Shown: one piece after another, positions 12,961 through 24,142 of the stretch
How the letters are laid out: each line of letters starts with the position of its first letter
Numbering within the stretch: position 1 is the stretch's first letter
Assembly: GCA_965235115.1 (NCBI GenBank)
Contig: OZ249436.1
Location: forward strand, 3,038,001 to 3,102,000
DNA length: 64,000 nt
Reading direction: 5' to 3'
DNA from: Laetmonice hystrix
Lineage: Eukaryota
The notes under the pieces: generated by a model
Seen by the model: only the letters and a program-made list of their open reading frames with translations
The model's database searches: none
Told to the model about the DNA's origin: nothing
Position numbers and translations under genes: made by a program

Positions 12961-13819
12961 GCGATTGTAACCCGGGGGATTGATTTGTTTCCAGCCACAC
13001 GCCATCAAGCGTTCCTTTACTGACCAATAACTCCTCAAGGACACCCTCATCCAAGGCATGGCTCTCGGTATAGAACTGTCGACGTCAGGTTTAATCAATC
13101 AATCGCCTCGCTCCCGTTGCCCCGATTCAAACAAAGAGCTGGGCCACAGAATCAGAATGTTCAAAATCACACAAACGTGAAAGCACTTGTGAATCACTCA
13201 TTACGCACGTACACACTCAGTTTTATATCGAGAGAGAATGTTAAACATTGACGGAGAGAAAGTGATCAAAACCTTTAAATCTGTGCCAGTGGTCAAAACG
13301 GACAATTCTGGTCGGCATAGTCAATACTTAACCATATAGAATAATTGTCAGGTACTTTCAATGATCATTTCTGAAAAATTCCCAAAAATTCAGAATAACT
13401 AACTTTCCTAGACATATTTGAAAATTGCAGGCCAAAAAAGTGAGAAATGCTGCAGATACTGGTGACGGTCTTCCATTTTCTGAGTGAAAGGATGAATACA
13501 TTATTATTATGATTAAACAATTCTCTGCCCGGCTCTGGCAATGTTGACAACCTTTAAGGATGTGATTGTAGTTAATTCACAATATGGCAAGATCTCTGTA
13601 CTATCACTCCTATCATGTTTCTGAATCTTAGACTGTCGGTTTGGGCTACTGGTCGATGTGACACTTTGTGTGAAGGTGAATACAAGGACTGTGATTAAAT
13701 AGGTCAGTGATCCAACTATAGATAATCCTGATTTAATACTAGGCCGCTGTCACACCCTGGCCTGAGGTAGTGGCGGCTGTTGTTATAAATCTCCTGTCTG
13801 GGATCCATACCATCTCTAG

Positions 13820-14698
13820 TTGGTCTTCATTAGACAATGTGTGAGGCAGCTAACAAGTCACCTAGGTCTGTCACGGTAACAGACCAAATATTGTTGGTCT
13901 TCATTAGACAATGTGTGAGGCAGCTAACAAGTCACCTACGTCTGTCACGGTAACAGACCAAATATTGTTGGTCTTCATTAGACAATGTGTGAGGCAGCTA
14001 ACAAGTCACCTAGGTCTGTCACGGTAACAGACCAAATATTGTTGGTCTTCATTAGACAATGTGTGAGGCAGCTAACAAGTCACCTAGGTCTGTCACGGTA
14101 ACAGACCAAATATTGTTGGTCTTCATTAGACAATGTGTGAGGCAGCTAACAAGTCACCTAGGTCTGTCACGGTAACAGACCAAATATTGTTGGTCTTCAT
14201 TAGACAATGTGGGAGGCAGCTAACAAGTCACCTACGTCTGTCACGGTAACAGACCAAATATTGTTGGTCTTCATTAGACAATGTGTGAGGCAGCTAACAA
14301 GTCACCTACGTCTGTCACGGTAACAGACCAAATATTGTTGGTCTTCATTAGACAATGTGTGAGGCAGCTAACAAGTCACCTAGGTCTGTCACGGTAACAG
14401 ACCAAATATTGTTGGTCTTCATTAGACAATGTGTGAGGCAGCTAACAAGTCACCTAGGTCTGTCACGGTAACAGACCAAATATTGCTGGTCTTCATTAGA
14501 CAATGTGTGAGGCAGCTAACAAGTCACCTAGGTCTGTCACGGTAACAGACCAAATATTGTTGGTCTTCATTAGACAATGTGTGAGGCAGCTAACAAGTCA
14601 CCTAGGTCTGTCACGGTAACAGACCAAATATTGTTGGTCTTCATTAGACAATGTGTGAGGCAGCTAACAAGTCACCTAGGTCTGTCACGGTAACAGAC
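13820..14698. repeat. 74-bp tandem array x~12
   Basis: TGTTGGTCTTCATTAGACAATGTGTGAGGCAGCTAACAAGTCACCTAGGTCTGTCACGGTAACAGACCAAATAT; near-identical copies. Confidence 0.97.
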
Positions 14699-14806
14699 AA
14701 CACATTTTTCCCTGTCATTCACCTAAATCTTTCACAGTACTTTACGAAATGTTGCCCCTGGAAAAATCACCAAACTCCTTCACAGTCACAAGTATTTTGT
14801 CACTAT

Positions 14807-14952
14807 AAAAGTCACCTAACTCCGTCACAGTCGTGAACAAAATATTTTGTCCCTGCAAAAGTCACCTAACTCCGTCACAGTCGTGAACAAAATATTTTGT
14901 CCCTGCAAAAGTCACCTAACTCCGTCACAGTCATGAACAAAATATTTTGTCC
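14807..14952. repeat. 50-bp tandem array x~3
   Basis: AAAAGTCACCTAACTCCGTCACAGTCGTGAACAAAATATTTTGTCCCTGC at 14807, 14857, 14907. Confidence 0.93.
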
Positions 14953-15695
14953 ACACTGTCATTTCACAGAGACTATACTGTGTACATTACTGTGACAGCG
15001 AGAGTTCGGTGACTTGGAAGCCTTTTTAAACTTGCCTTATCTAATGAGTTGTGGCATTGTGGGTACACACTTTGTTAGGTATGGATCTCCTCTTGAATCA
15101 TCATAGTGTCATGTCACAGACATGTGGCAGAAAACTTCACAAAGTACAGTCCTTACAACTGTTATTAAAAATTCTAAATTCTATATACAGGTGCACTCAG
15201 AGCTGTTTTTAAATGCTATAAAATTCCATCAAATACATGTAGTACAAATGTCCCTTCATCATTGTCATAACACAGCGGGACTTACATTACAACTCCCTAC
15301 ATTCAGTTAGCTGCTATATTTTCTGTAGGATAAAATTTTTACTGTTTTCATCAATGTCTCAATGTTTTCTTCTCTACAATTTTGTGTCCCGCCCAAGTAG
15401 TTTCCCAAGTGACCAGTAGTACATGTATGCACACCAGACCTCAGTGACTGAGGCTGGGCACCCTGAGGTAGCTACATGACCTGGTAGTAGCCTGGCTTGG
15501 GGTCTATTTATTAATTATAACTGACCAATGATTCCATGGCTGTGCCCTGCACAACGTTTTTGATTCGCTATACTTGTAAATGATGATCCCTGAAAGACAA
15601 GACCATGCAGACATACGTCAGTATGGCCTGGGAATGGTTGCTTGCATCAATGTCCTTACAATAAGAATCACAATCTTGATTCATTCGTGCCGTAG

Positions 15696-15818
15696 TTACG
15701 CCTTGCCGTTTGTCACAGATGTAGCTCGCGTACTGTAGTAAGCATCAAAGAAGCCATTGGCGATTTCACTGACGATGGATCGATCAGGGATACTCTGGGC
15801 CATGCCGTAAATGGCAGC
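15696..15818 (-). CDS. SGPL1: SGPL1 coding exon 15 (terminal)
   Basis: [40 protein letters not shown]. Confidence 0.95.
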   Translation of the reverse strand, partial: AAIYGMAQSIPDRSIVSEIANGFFDAYYSTRATSVTNGKA

Positions 15819-18800
15819 CTGTAAGACAACCAAAAGGTTTTAAATAACAAAATATCAGTCAATCAGTTAGAAGAACACCAGTAATTCATAACCTAAATAT
15901 TTTACATTCTTATACAATCTAAAATACCGTGTTTGAACTCGGAAAAATGTGTTTGTGCAGAGAGATTGAGGTTTGTTGGATATAGCCAATCTCTGACATG
16001 ACTAGGAATCTCACCTGGCCTCCAGCCTTTGCTTTAGGATCCTTCATAATTTCAGCAGTAGCCTTACGTACATCCTTGATGAAGCGATCTGCCACACCAG
16101 GTTTGGTATGCAGCAGAGTCACACACAGGTGGATGCTGCCAGGAAAAAATTAAAAATAGTAGATAGTTCACATGGATCAACGGTTCAACAAGTCTTTTAC
16201 TCTTTCCATATCAATTTCTAACTGGAATTGCAAAATGAGTAAAAAGTAGAAAAATAGACAATTCATAGTAATACATGCATTTTTTTTTGTCACGCCAATG
16301 AGACTTCTGGTCAACAAGTGAATAAACTGAACCAGAAATTAAACACACACCCAGACCCCAGCGCAGGTGTGTGACAAAGATCAGAAAATTGTTTCTTACC
16401 TGTACGGGAATTGGAGTGCATTCAGATTCCATCCGACGGCCGTCAGAGCATCAGACAGACGGTAGATGTTGAACTCATCTGAACCAAGACCAATCACGGA
16501 GACCTTGGGGTCTCCGAACACCTTCAGCCCTGGGATCTCCTGCATTCTGCAACACATTGTGGTTCATTTCAATCTCACTACACGTGTGCTGACAGAAAAT
16601 AACAAGTCTAATCTCACTACACTTGTGCTGACAGAAAATACCACGTCTAATCTCACTACACTTGTGCTGACAGAAAATACCAGGTCTAATCTCACTACAC
16701 TTGTGCTGACAGAAAATACCCGGTCTAATCTCACTACACTTGTGCTGACAGAAAATACCACGTCTAATCTCACTACACTTGTGCTGACAGAAAATACCAC
16801 GTCTAATCTCACTACACTTGTGCTAACAGAAAATACCAGGTCTAATCTCACTACACTTGTGCTGACAGAAAATACCAGGTCTAATCTCACTACACTTGTG
16901 CTGACAGAAAATACCAGGTCTAATCTCACTACACTTGTGCTGACAGAAAATACCAGGTCTAATCTCACTACACTTGTGCTGACAGAAAATACCAGGTCTA
17001 ATCTCACTACACTTGTGCTGACAGAAAATACCAGGTCTAATCTCACTACACTTGTGCTGACAGAAAATACCAGGTCTAATCTCACTACACTTGTGCTGAC
17101 AGAAAATACCAGGTCTAATCTCACTACACTTGTGCGGACAGAAAATACCAGGTCCAATCTCACTGCACTTGTGCTGACAGAAAATACCAGGTCTAATCTC
17201 ACTGCACTTGTGCTGACAGAAAATACCAGGTCTAATCTCACTGCACTTGTGCTGACAGAAAATACCAGGTCTAATCTCACTACACTTGTGCTGACAGAAA
17301 ATACCAGGTCTAATCTCACTACACTTGTGCTGACAGAAAATACAGGACAAATGCTTCCCCTGGTACCCTCCTGAATCTAACTTCATTACCAATTATTCCC
17401 AGATCCCACAAACAAATAAAACATATAAAGTACATACGCTGCTGTTATGCTTCGTGTGGTTTTGATGATGCTCCCTGTAGACTTGACATACCCATCCCTT
17501 CCAATACACATCATGGTGGCCCAACACGCAGCAATGATAGCGCCTGCACGACTCCCTGTCACACGCACACACACACACATTATGAGAGACTCAGCTCTAA
17601 TCAAGGAATCTTAACCAACCTAAAGCGGTATTTACAAGCCACAGGATCGGATTCAAATTCAACATTTACCGTATATGTCCCTTTAGCCGCGCACTACCTA
17701 TTTGCCGCGCACCCCCACATTCTTTCAAACAAGCTGTGCCGGAAACCCGTATTCGACACGCCACCTAGTGTAAAATTTTGTAAGCTCCAGGCGCAACCTC
17801 CCTATTGCCGCGCACTGCTTTTCTGCGCACGCACATGCATGGCTAAAGGGACATATACGGTATTAGGTCATTACTTACGTTTCCTTACACATTACTTCAT
17901 TATGATATTACCGATTTCCACAAATAATTTCCATAAAATAGGAAAAATCCTAGAAAATACCTGCGAATGTGGGTGAGGCATAGATGCCGCCAGGCCAGTC
18001 AGGTTGTACAAAGAACTGGTAGCGACGGTAGGCTGGACTACTGTACATTATTACTGAGGATCCCTTGGGTGCAAACCCATACTACAACACAACAGAACAG
18101 GTTTCAAAACCTGAGGATTTATTATTGTTATATACTTTCAACATGGGACTCCTTACAGATGACGTCGTCAATCAAGAGATTAGTCATTACGGTGTAAAAT
18201 TTTGCCATAAGAACAAGGTTCATAATGTAACAAATCATCTTGCTACAGTCTGGACTACCCTTTACCGAGTACGGCCATTTGTAGGACACTAAATTAGAAA
18301 GTGAACTTCAATGTTGAGTCTGGAGGTGTCCTAACCTTGTGTGTGTCAGCAGATATTGACGTTACCCCGGGAAGACTGAAGTCAAAGGGTTCGATAGGGT
18401 AACCAGCCTTCTCCATGAAGGGTACCAAGAAGCCACCGAGACAGCTGTCGACGTGAACGGGTAGGTTGTACTGCTGCCCCAAGGCTGCGATCTCTTCAAT
18501 GGGGTCCATGATTCCGTGGGGGAATCCTGGCGCTGAACCAACCAACTGTAAAATTCAACGTAACAACGTTCACCCACACAGAGACTATCTCAAACACCAG
18601 ACTTGGAACCTGTTTGTTACTTCATAGAACAACATGGGACTGAGACTGTGAAACAATGCAACTTGTATAGAACATCTACGTGTTCACCCACACAGAGACT
18701 ATCTCAAACACCAGACTTGGGACCTGTTTGTTACCTCATAGAACAACATGGGACTGAGACTGTGAAACAATGCAAGTATAGAACATCTACGTGTTCACTC

Positions 18801-21800
18801 ACACAGAGACTATCTCACACACCAGACTTGGAACCTGTTTGTTACCTCATAGAACCACATGGGACTGAGACTGTGAAACAATGCAACTTGTATAGAACAT
18901 CTACGTGTTTACCCACACAGAGACTATCTCAAACACCAGGGACCTACCATACAGGTATTTTTGTTGATGGCACGCCTCATAGCCCTCACGTCAACTCTCC
19001 TCGTCTTCTCATCGACACGTATATGAACTATCTTCATTTTGAAGAACTGTGCTGCCTAAAAAAAATAGAGAAAATGTTTCCTCTTCATAAGTCGTTTTAG
19101 CTCCCTTCTTTCAGAGTTCAGTACTATCAGAAAAAACATTCATGAACGAGGTTTTTTTATTATTACTAGGGAGTTAAATACTCCTGATTATTTTCACTTG
19201 TTTCATTTTGTCAGATCAAGGTAAAATAACAAGAGCGCAATCCTCAAATCCACATACCTTATCAAATGCTGCATGAACGGTGATAGGGACAACCCTGGGA
19301 TGTGAGTAAAATAACATGTTAGGGCATCAGTAATTAACACATCCTGGGACAGGGAGTGATGAAAACTCTATCAGTGAGGGATAATCTGATATCTGGTAAT
19401 TATTACTTACTCCATGAAACATTTCAGGGAAACAATTCAAACTTTCCATGCACTAGAAAATATATTTTATGGTGCTTACATTTCAGCAAATTTAACTCCA
19501 CGTTCCTCATATGCTTTGTCTCTGTATGCTTTACAAGCCAGCATGATACTCTCTGTACCTCCTGATGTCATCTACAACAACAGTCAAAACTTTATAACAG
19601 TTGGCACTGCCACCAAGTTAGTGAGAATATCAGATTAAGAAAGCACATACTTGTAATAGATGTTCCATGTTAAAATCAATGTTCTTTATAACAGTTGGCA
19701 CTGCCACCAAGTTAGTGAGAATATCAGATTAAGAAAGCACATACTTGTAATAGATGTTCCATGTTAAAATCAATGTTCTGCCTACTCACACTAACAGATG
19801 TTCCATGTTAAAATCAATGTTCTGCCTACTCACACTAACAGATGTTCCATGTTAAAATCAATGTTCTGCCTACTCACACTAACAGATGTTCCATGTTAAA
19901 ATCAATGTTCTGCCTACTCACACTAACATATGTTCCATGTTAAAATCAATGTTCTGCCTACTCACACTAACAGATGTTCCATGTTAAAATCAATGTTCTG
20001 CCTACTCACACTAACAGATGTTCCATGTTAAAATCAATGTTCTGCCTACTCACACTAACAGATGTTCCATGTTAAAATCAATGTTCTGCCTACTCAACCT
20101 AACAGATGTTCCATGTTAAAATCAATGTTCTGCCTACTCACACTGCCACAGGAGTCCGATGATCCACGAAACATGTGACATGTCATGCGCACCACCTCAG
20201 CCTCCATCTTCCTGATGTCGGGGAAGACATCTGGGTGAAGAGGATTGGTCCATGCAAACTCCCCATACACCTGAACACAGCACCATCATGAAGATCATTA
20301 CTACAGTGAAACATTTACTGAGGTAGCTAATCCCAGGCCCAACCAAACTCGTTCAGGGTGGTTCACTACGTACCCACACTTACAAACACCCTGGCTATAC
20401 CAAAAATACTCATAATTACAGCATCTTTCCACTAACACTTACAGGCACTTCAAGAGGAGCGAGCATACTTTAAATGTTACATAGCACCATCAATAACATG
20501 ATATTATTTATCCATTTTATCAGCTAGTAATACCAGAGCACTTTCCCATATTGTTTCCAGACTATACCCAGTACAGGCAAGTGTTGTATTATCTTAACCC
20601 TGTACTGCTCACAATCTATGTCTGAGCTGACTTTATACACACCTTGGACATCAGCTGAGACAATCTGTCTTCCCCACTGTAAACTGTCCCTGAACACTGC
20701 CCTTTCTCCCAGCTTACGCCAGCTGAAATAACAACCATTATTTACATTAACAAATATTACGGGCAGTTTAATAGTTGCTTTCTTATACAGAGAATATTAC
20801 ATCACAGTCTGTTTTATAGAAATCAAGCCAAGCTACCAGTATTTATGTTTCTTAAATTTACATATTACTTCAATCTATCTTCACACAGAGAATACAAAGA
20901 CCTTTAATAAATCATTTCAACGGTTAGTTTCCTTAATTAACATATAGAAAATGGAATATACCTGTTATAGTACTTACCTAATGCCTTATATTTCTTTACT
21001 TCTTCTAAAACTCTATCCTATAATTAGACAGAATTTAATGAATTAATAGACACAAATATACAGTTTTTGACATTTTCTTTGAAAGTACATGTATGAGAAT
21101 GATCTGGTCATTCTTAAATGTCCTTAATAACCATCCGAAACGTTGACCAGACAATATAAAAGACGTATTCCTCCTGTAACCTACTTTTTTATCTTGCCAA
21201 AGTTGTCAAGTTGTCTACCATTGCCCAGGTGTCCTTACCTCACCAAGTCCCTCCTCTGGTAGTACACTGATATATCCTTGACCTTGATTGCCCTTAGTAA
21301 AGCTTTCCTCAATGCCCTGAACGGCAGCTCCAAGTTCTTTCTCAATGCGAGCCCGAATAAAAGGTATGCTTTTCACACAGCCAAAGAACCATTTTAGAAA
21401 CCTCTTTTTCAGGCCTGTTGAAACAACAAAGGATATGATAAAATATACAGTAAATAGAAGGTTATTCATGAAAGCAAATATTCAAGACTGTGCCTGACTC
21501 TGGTAAACTGAAAGACTGTTTAAAACACAATTTTCAGAACACTCCTCAAAAAGTATTAAAAGCTGTCTTCCAAATTTATCTGCTTACTGCTTATGACAAA
21601 TTACAGATCTATACCATATTTTTTCCACAACACACAGTAGATCCAAACGGAAGCAGCTGTCTTCTGCTTCCCCTACTCACTCTCTTCTTGGAAGAGAAAG
21701 TCCAGTAGCCACACAGCTAATAAGGTGAAGCTGAACGTGTATGCGATAACCTGCCATGGCTCTAATCCTGTACACGAATTATTCACAAACACTCGTGCCA

Positions 21801-23728
21801 CCTCAGCATATGGATGGACCGTAGCCTGTAACATTCAGATACAATAATACATTCAGGGCTTGAAATAACTGCATTCGCATCGCAATTTGTGAGTGAAAAT
21901 CAGCCTGTTGCGAATCAAATTAACATATGAGTCGCAAAATATTGCCTATTACTGCTTCTACAAACCAGATAACTCAGTAATTATTGCGAATCAAAATTTT
22001 TAAAGTATTTCGCGACCTGAACATTACATGACAATGATCACTAGCAAACACATGCACGATGAGGGAATGTCTTTCAAACAATCAACCATTTTATTAAAAG
22101 AAACTAAGGAGAAGATTGACCATTCCCATTCACAATCTGTATTTTCTGCCGTAGTTGTTGCCATAATTTTATTTTCTCGCAGACATACACCCTCCTTGAG
22201 AGAATGTAAACAAACAATGGCATTGTCAGTGACTAACAAAAGTAAAGAAGTCATAACAATTGTGCAAATCAAGCTACATTATATAGATCATTGGGAGGCC
22301 TTGAAGAAACATGGGATTAAATACTCTGCCACCTTGTGAAAATGTTGAACCAACCCAAGTTACTGAATCTGTGTTTTGACCTTCTAACCACATAGCTACA
22401 CACCAATCCTTGGTCAAGGTGGTACTTGACCTGCAGGCTACTTGTCCTATCAGTACTGCACTGTCTTCTACCATCTAGAAGATATCGGACAACACTGCAC
22501 TGACCTACAACTTCAAGTACTACTACTACTGCACAACACAACGGGTTCAGATATGCTCTGACAACATTTACTTCGCAGAGACAGGGTCTTGTCCACCAAA
22601 ATGTTCTAAATTCTGCAGCACTTGCATCCTTTTCAATTGGTCACAAAAGATGCCAATTGTCTTGCATGGTTTGCAGTGAATCTTGGTGTTATCCATGCTA
22701 AATTCCCACACAAGTCTAATTCATTAGCCTTGTCAAACCATTGGCCAATATAATGGACTGTGGCTGAGCAATTTGGCAGGAGGCTCCAATTTCTAAAAAA
22801 CATACCATGTTCAGGGGGGTGTGCCTATTCTTTATATATTTTTTAAGGTGTGTGTGTGGGGGGGGGGGGAGAGAGGGTGTTTTTGACAGTTTCCTTTAGA
22901 ATATTAGAATTAGAATATTAGAATTAGAATATTAGACTTGTGTACCATATAAAATGTTATAAAATTATACAAGTTTCTGTCTGCTTCTGCTGTGTTAAAA
23001 TTTTTTCAAAGATTAACAAGTACTTCAATAATTCATTTAGTGACTAGACTCTACGATTACATATAATTTGAATATCTATTCTACTTTTTTTCTAGTTTAC
23101 AGAGCCTGACTTAAAGTTAAATTTAAAAGACTAAATGCCACCTCCATCACTAGGACGTATGGCAGGCAACAGGCATGATGATACGTGCTTGTCTGTCCTA
23201 CTGGTCGAGCAACACAACAAGGGCTTGACATCTCTTTGTTCCTGAAGCCCTGGACCTGGCTTACAGAATTATTCACTGTTGTTATGTAATACTCTATTGT
23301 GTACGCGATCGTAAATTGCAAATGCAATATTGCCAATACCACTGGCATTCTAACGTTACTAAGTGACCAGTGTAACCCTCTACAAACTCTCCTGACATTG
23401 CCATTCTGAAATTCGATCATTGTCGTCGATATCGTACTGTAGTCGAGCAGCAAGGTCTCTTTGACAACAGCAACTTGACGCTCAAGTCAAGTGGTAGCCA
23501 GTCCACAGCTGTGGCCTGTGTACTCAGTGTGTCACGGACACAACGCCGCGGCGCTGGCAGTCTTTACTTCCAACTCTGAGTTCGTCCTTCATCCCACAAA
23601 ACCAGTACATTCTTATCTTTGACAGAGACCTAACAGTCCAATTGACGCGTAAAATCTCACTCTTTTCCAACTTTCACAGATATAATGAAGTACTCGCTTA
23701 CCACTATGTTTTTGATGAAGTCGGCCAT
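15696..23728 (-). CDS. SGPL1: Sphingosine-1-phosphate lyase (PLP-dependent, group II decarboxylase fold); 15 coding exons, 557 aa
   Basis: Hand-assembled exons, all GT-AG and phase-consistent, total 1674 nt including stop: 23702-23728, 21681-21825, 21239-21414, 20978-21017, 20643-20722, 20142-20270, 19480-19571, 19258-19294, 18948-19055, 18336-18545, 17961-18081, 17438-17555, 16400-16546, 16015-16135, 15696-15818. Family motifs include EPWQ plus an N-terminal TM segment, [53 protein letters not shown] (PLP lysine), GGIYASPT and AAIYGMAQ. Confidence 0.97.
16015..16135 (-). CDS. SGPL1: SGPL1 coding exon 14
   Basis: [40 protein letters not shown]. Confidence 0.95.
16400..16546 (-). CDS. SGPL1: SGPL1 coding exon 13
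   Basis: [48 protein letters not shown]. Confidence 0.95.
16571..17343. repeat. 39-bp tandem array x~20 in SGPL1 intron 12
   Basis: AATCTCACTACACTTGTGCTGACAGAAAATACCAGGTCT; explains ORFs 16466..17374, 16564..17319 and 16823..17392. Confidence 0.97.
17438..17555 (-). CDS. SGPL1: SGPL1 coding exon 12
   Basis: [38 protein letters not shown]. Confidence 0.95.
17669..17860. mobile_element. 192-bp Tc1/mariner-type MITE in SGPL1 intron 11
   Basis: Perfect 20-bp TIR CCGTATATGTCCCTTTAGCC / GGCTAAAGGGACATATACGG, with TA on both sides (17667-68, 17861-62). Confidence 0.9.
17961..18081 (-). CDS. SGPL1: SGPL1 coding exon 11
   Basis: [40 protein letters not shown]. Confidence 0.96.
18336..18545 (-). 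CDS. SGPL1: SGPL1 coding exon 10 (ends on the PLP lysine)
   Basis: [70 protein letters not shown]. Confidence 0.97.
18568..18939. repeat. 111-114-bp tandem array x~3.3 in SGPL1 intron 9
   Basis: GTT(C/T)AC(C/T)CACACAGAGACTATCTCA recurs at 18568, 18682, 18793, 18907. Confidence 0.93.
18948..19055 (-). CDS. SGPL1: SGPL1 coding exon 9
   Basis: [36 protein letters not shown]. Confidence 0.96.
19258..19294 (-). CDS. SGPL1: SGPL1 coding exon 8
   Basis: [12 protein letters not shown]. Confidence 0.93.
19480..19571 (-). CDS. SGPL1: SGPL1 coding exon 7
   Basis: [30 protein letters not shown]. Confidence 0.96.
19590..20141. repeat. ~95-bp duplication grading into a 44-bp tandem array x~9 in SGPL1 intron 6
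   Basis: CACTAACAGATGTTCCATGTTAAAATCAATGTTCTGCCTACTCA; the last unit contains the true exon 6 donor. Confidence 0.96.
20142..20270 (-). CDS. SGPL1: SGPL1 coding exon 6
   Basis: [43 protein letters not shown]. Confidence 0.97.
20643..20722 (-). CDS. SGPL1: SGPL1 coding exon 5
   Basis: [26 protein letters not shown]. Confidence 0.94.
20978..21017 (-). CDS. SGPL1: SGPL1 coding exon 4
   Basis: [13 protein letters not shown]; 40 nt, bridges phase 0 to phase 1. Confidence 0.88.
21239..21414 (-). CDS. SGPL1: SGPL1 coding exon 3
   Basis: [58 protein letters not shown]. Confidence 0.94.
21681..21825 (-). CDS. SGPL1: SGPL1 coding exon 2 (TM anchor)
   Basis: [48 protein letters not shown]. Confidence 0.94.
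23702..23728 (-). CDS. SGPL1: SGPL1 coding exon 1
   Basis: ATG GCC GAC TTC ATC AAA AAC ATA GTG (MADFIKNIV) followed by GTAAGC; phase 0, matching exon 2. Confidence 0.8.
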
Positions 23729-23779
23729 GCTGAATAGTCACATGATCAAGGCTTCGCGGAATAGTCATGTGGCTTGACC

Positions 23780-24142
23780 CATACTCGCCAGGTGGCGCCT
23801 AAATAATGTGTGGTAGCATGGTAGTCATCATTTAGACGACTTGTCTTAGTTAGAGCTGACTAGTTTACAAACTGGATCGCGAGTGTGGTGGCTTGAGTAG
23901 CCTCAAACGTTCCAGTCGTCCCTTTGAGGCTTTATGGAGCATGCAGTGAAGAAAAGGTTGAAAATATGCCAGGAATCATCGCTAGGTGCCGCACTCGTGC
24001 GAGACGTTATCACACGTTATCCTGTATACGACAGCGACATCTACTGAGAGAAGTAGGATGTACTGTCCCGTGCTTCACCCCGCGCTCCCTCGGATTTCTC
24101 TCAAGGTTTTGAGAAAATAACTGGCGCCACCTGGTGAGTATG
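23780..24142. promoter_or_regulatory. 363-bp segment bounded by a 20-bp inverted repeat; probable shared promoter region of SGPL1 and the + strand gene (or a MITE)
   Basis: CATACTCGCCAGGTGGCGCC (23780-23799) vs CATACTCACCAGGTGGCGCC on - (24123-24142), 19/20 identical; CpG-containing interior. Confidence 0.55.

Noticed and set aside
16466-17392. ORFs of 302, 251 and 189 aa, including a zinc-finger-looking CQHKC repeat
   Set aside because: They come from the 39-bp array inside SGPL1 intron 12; the CxxxC spacing is a frame artefact
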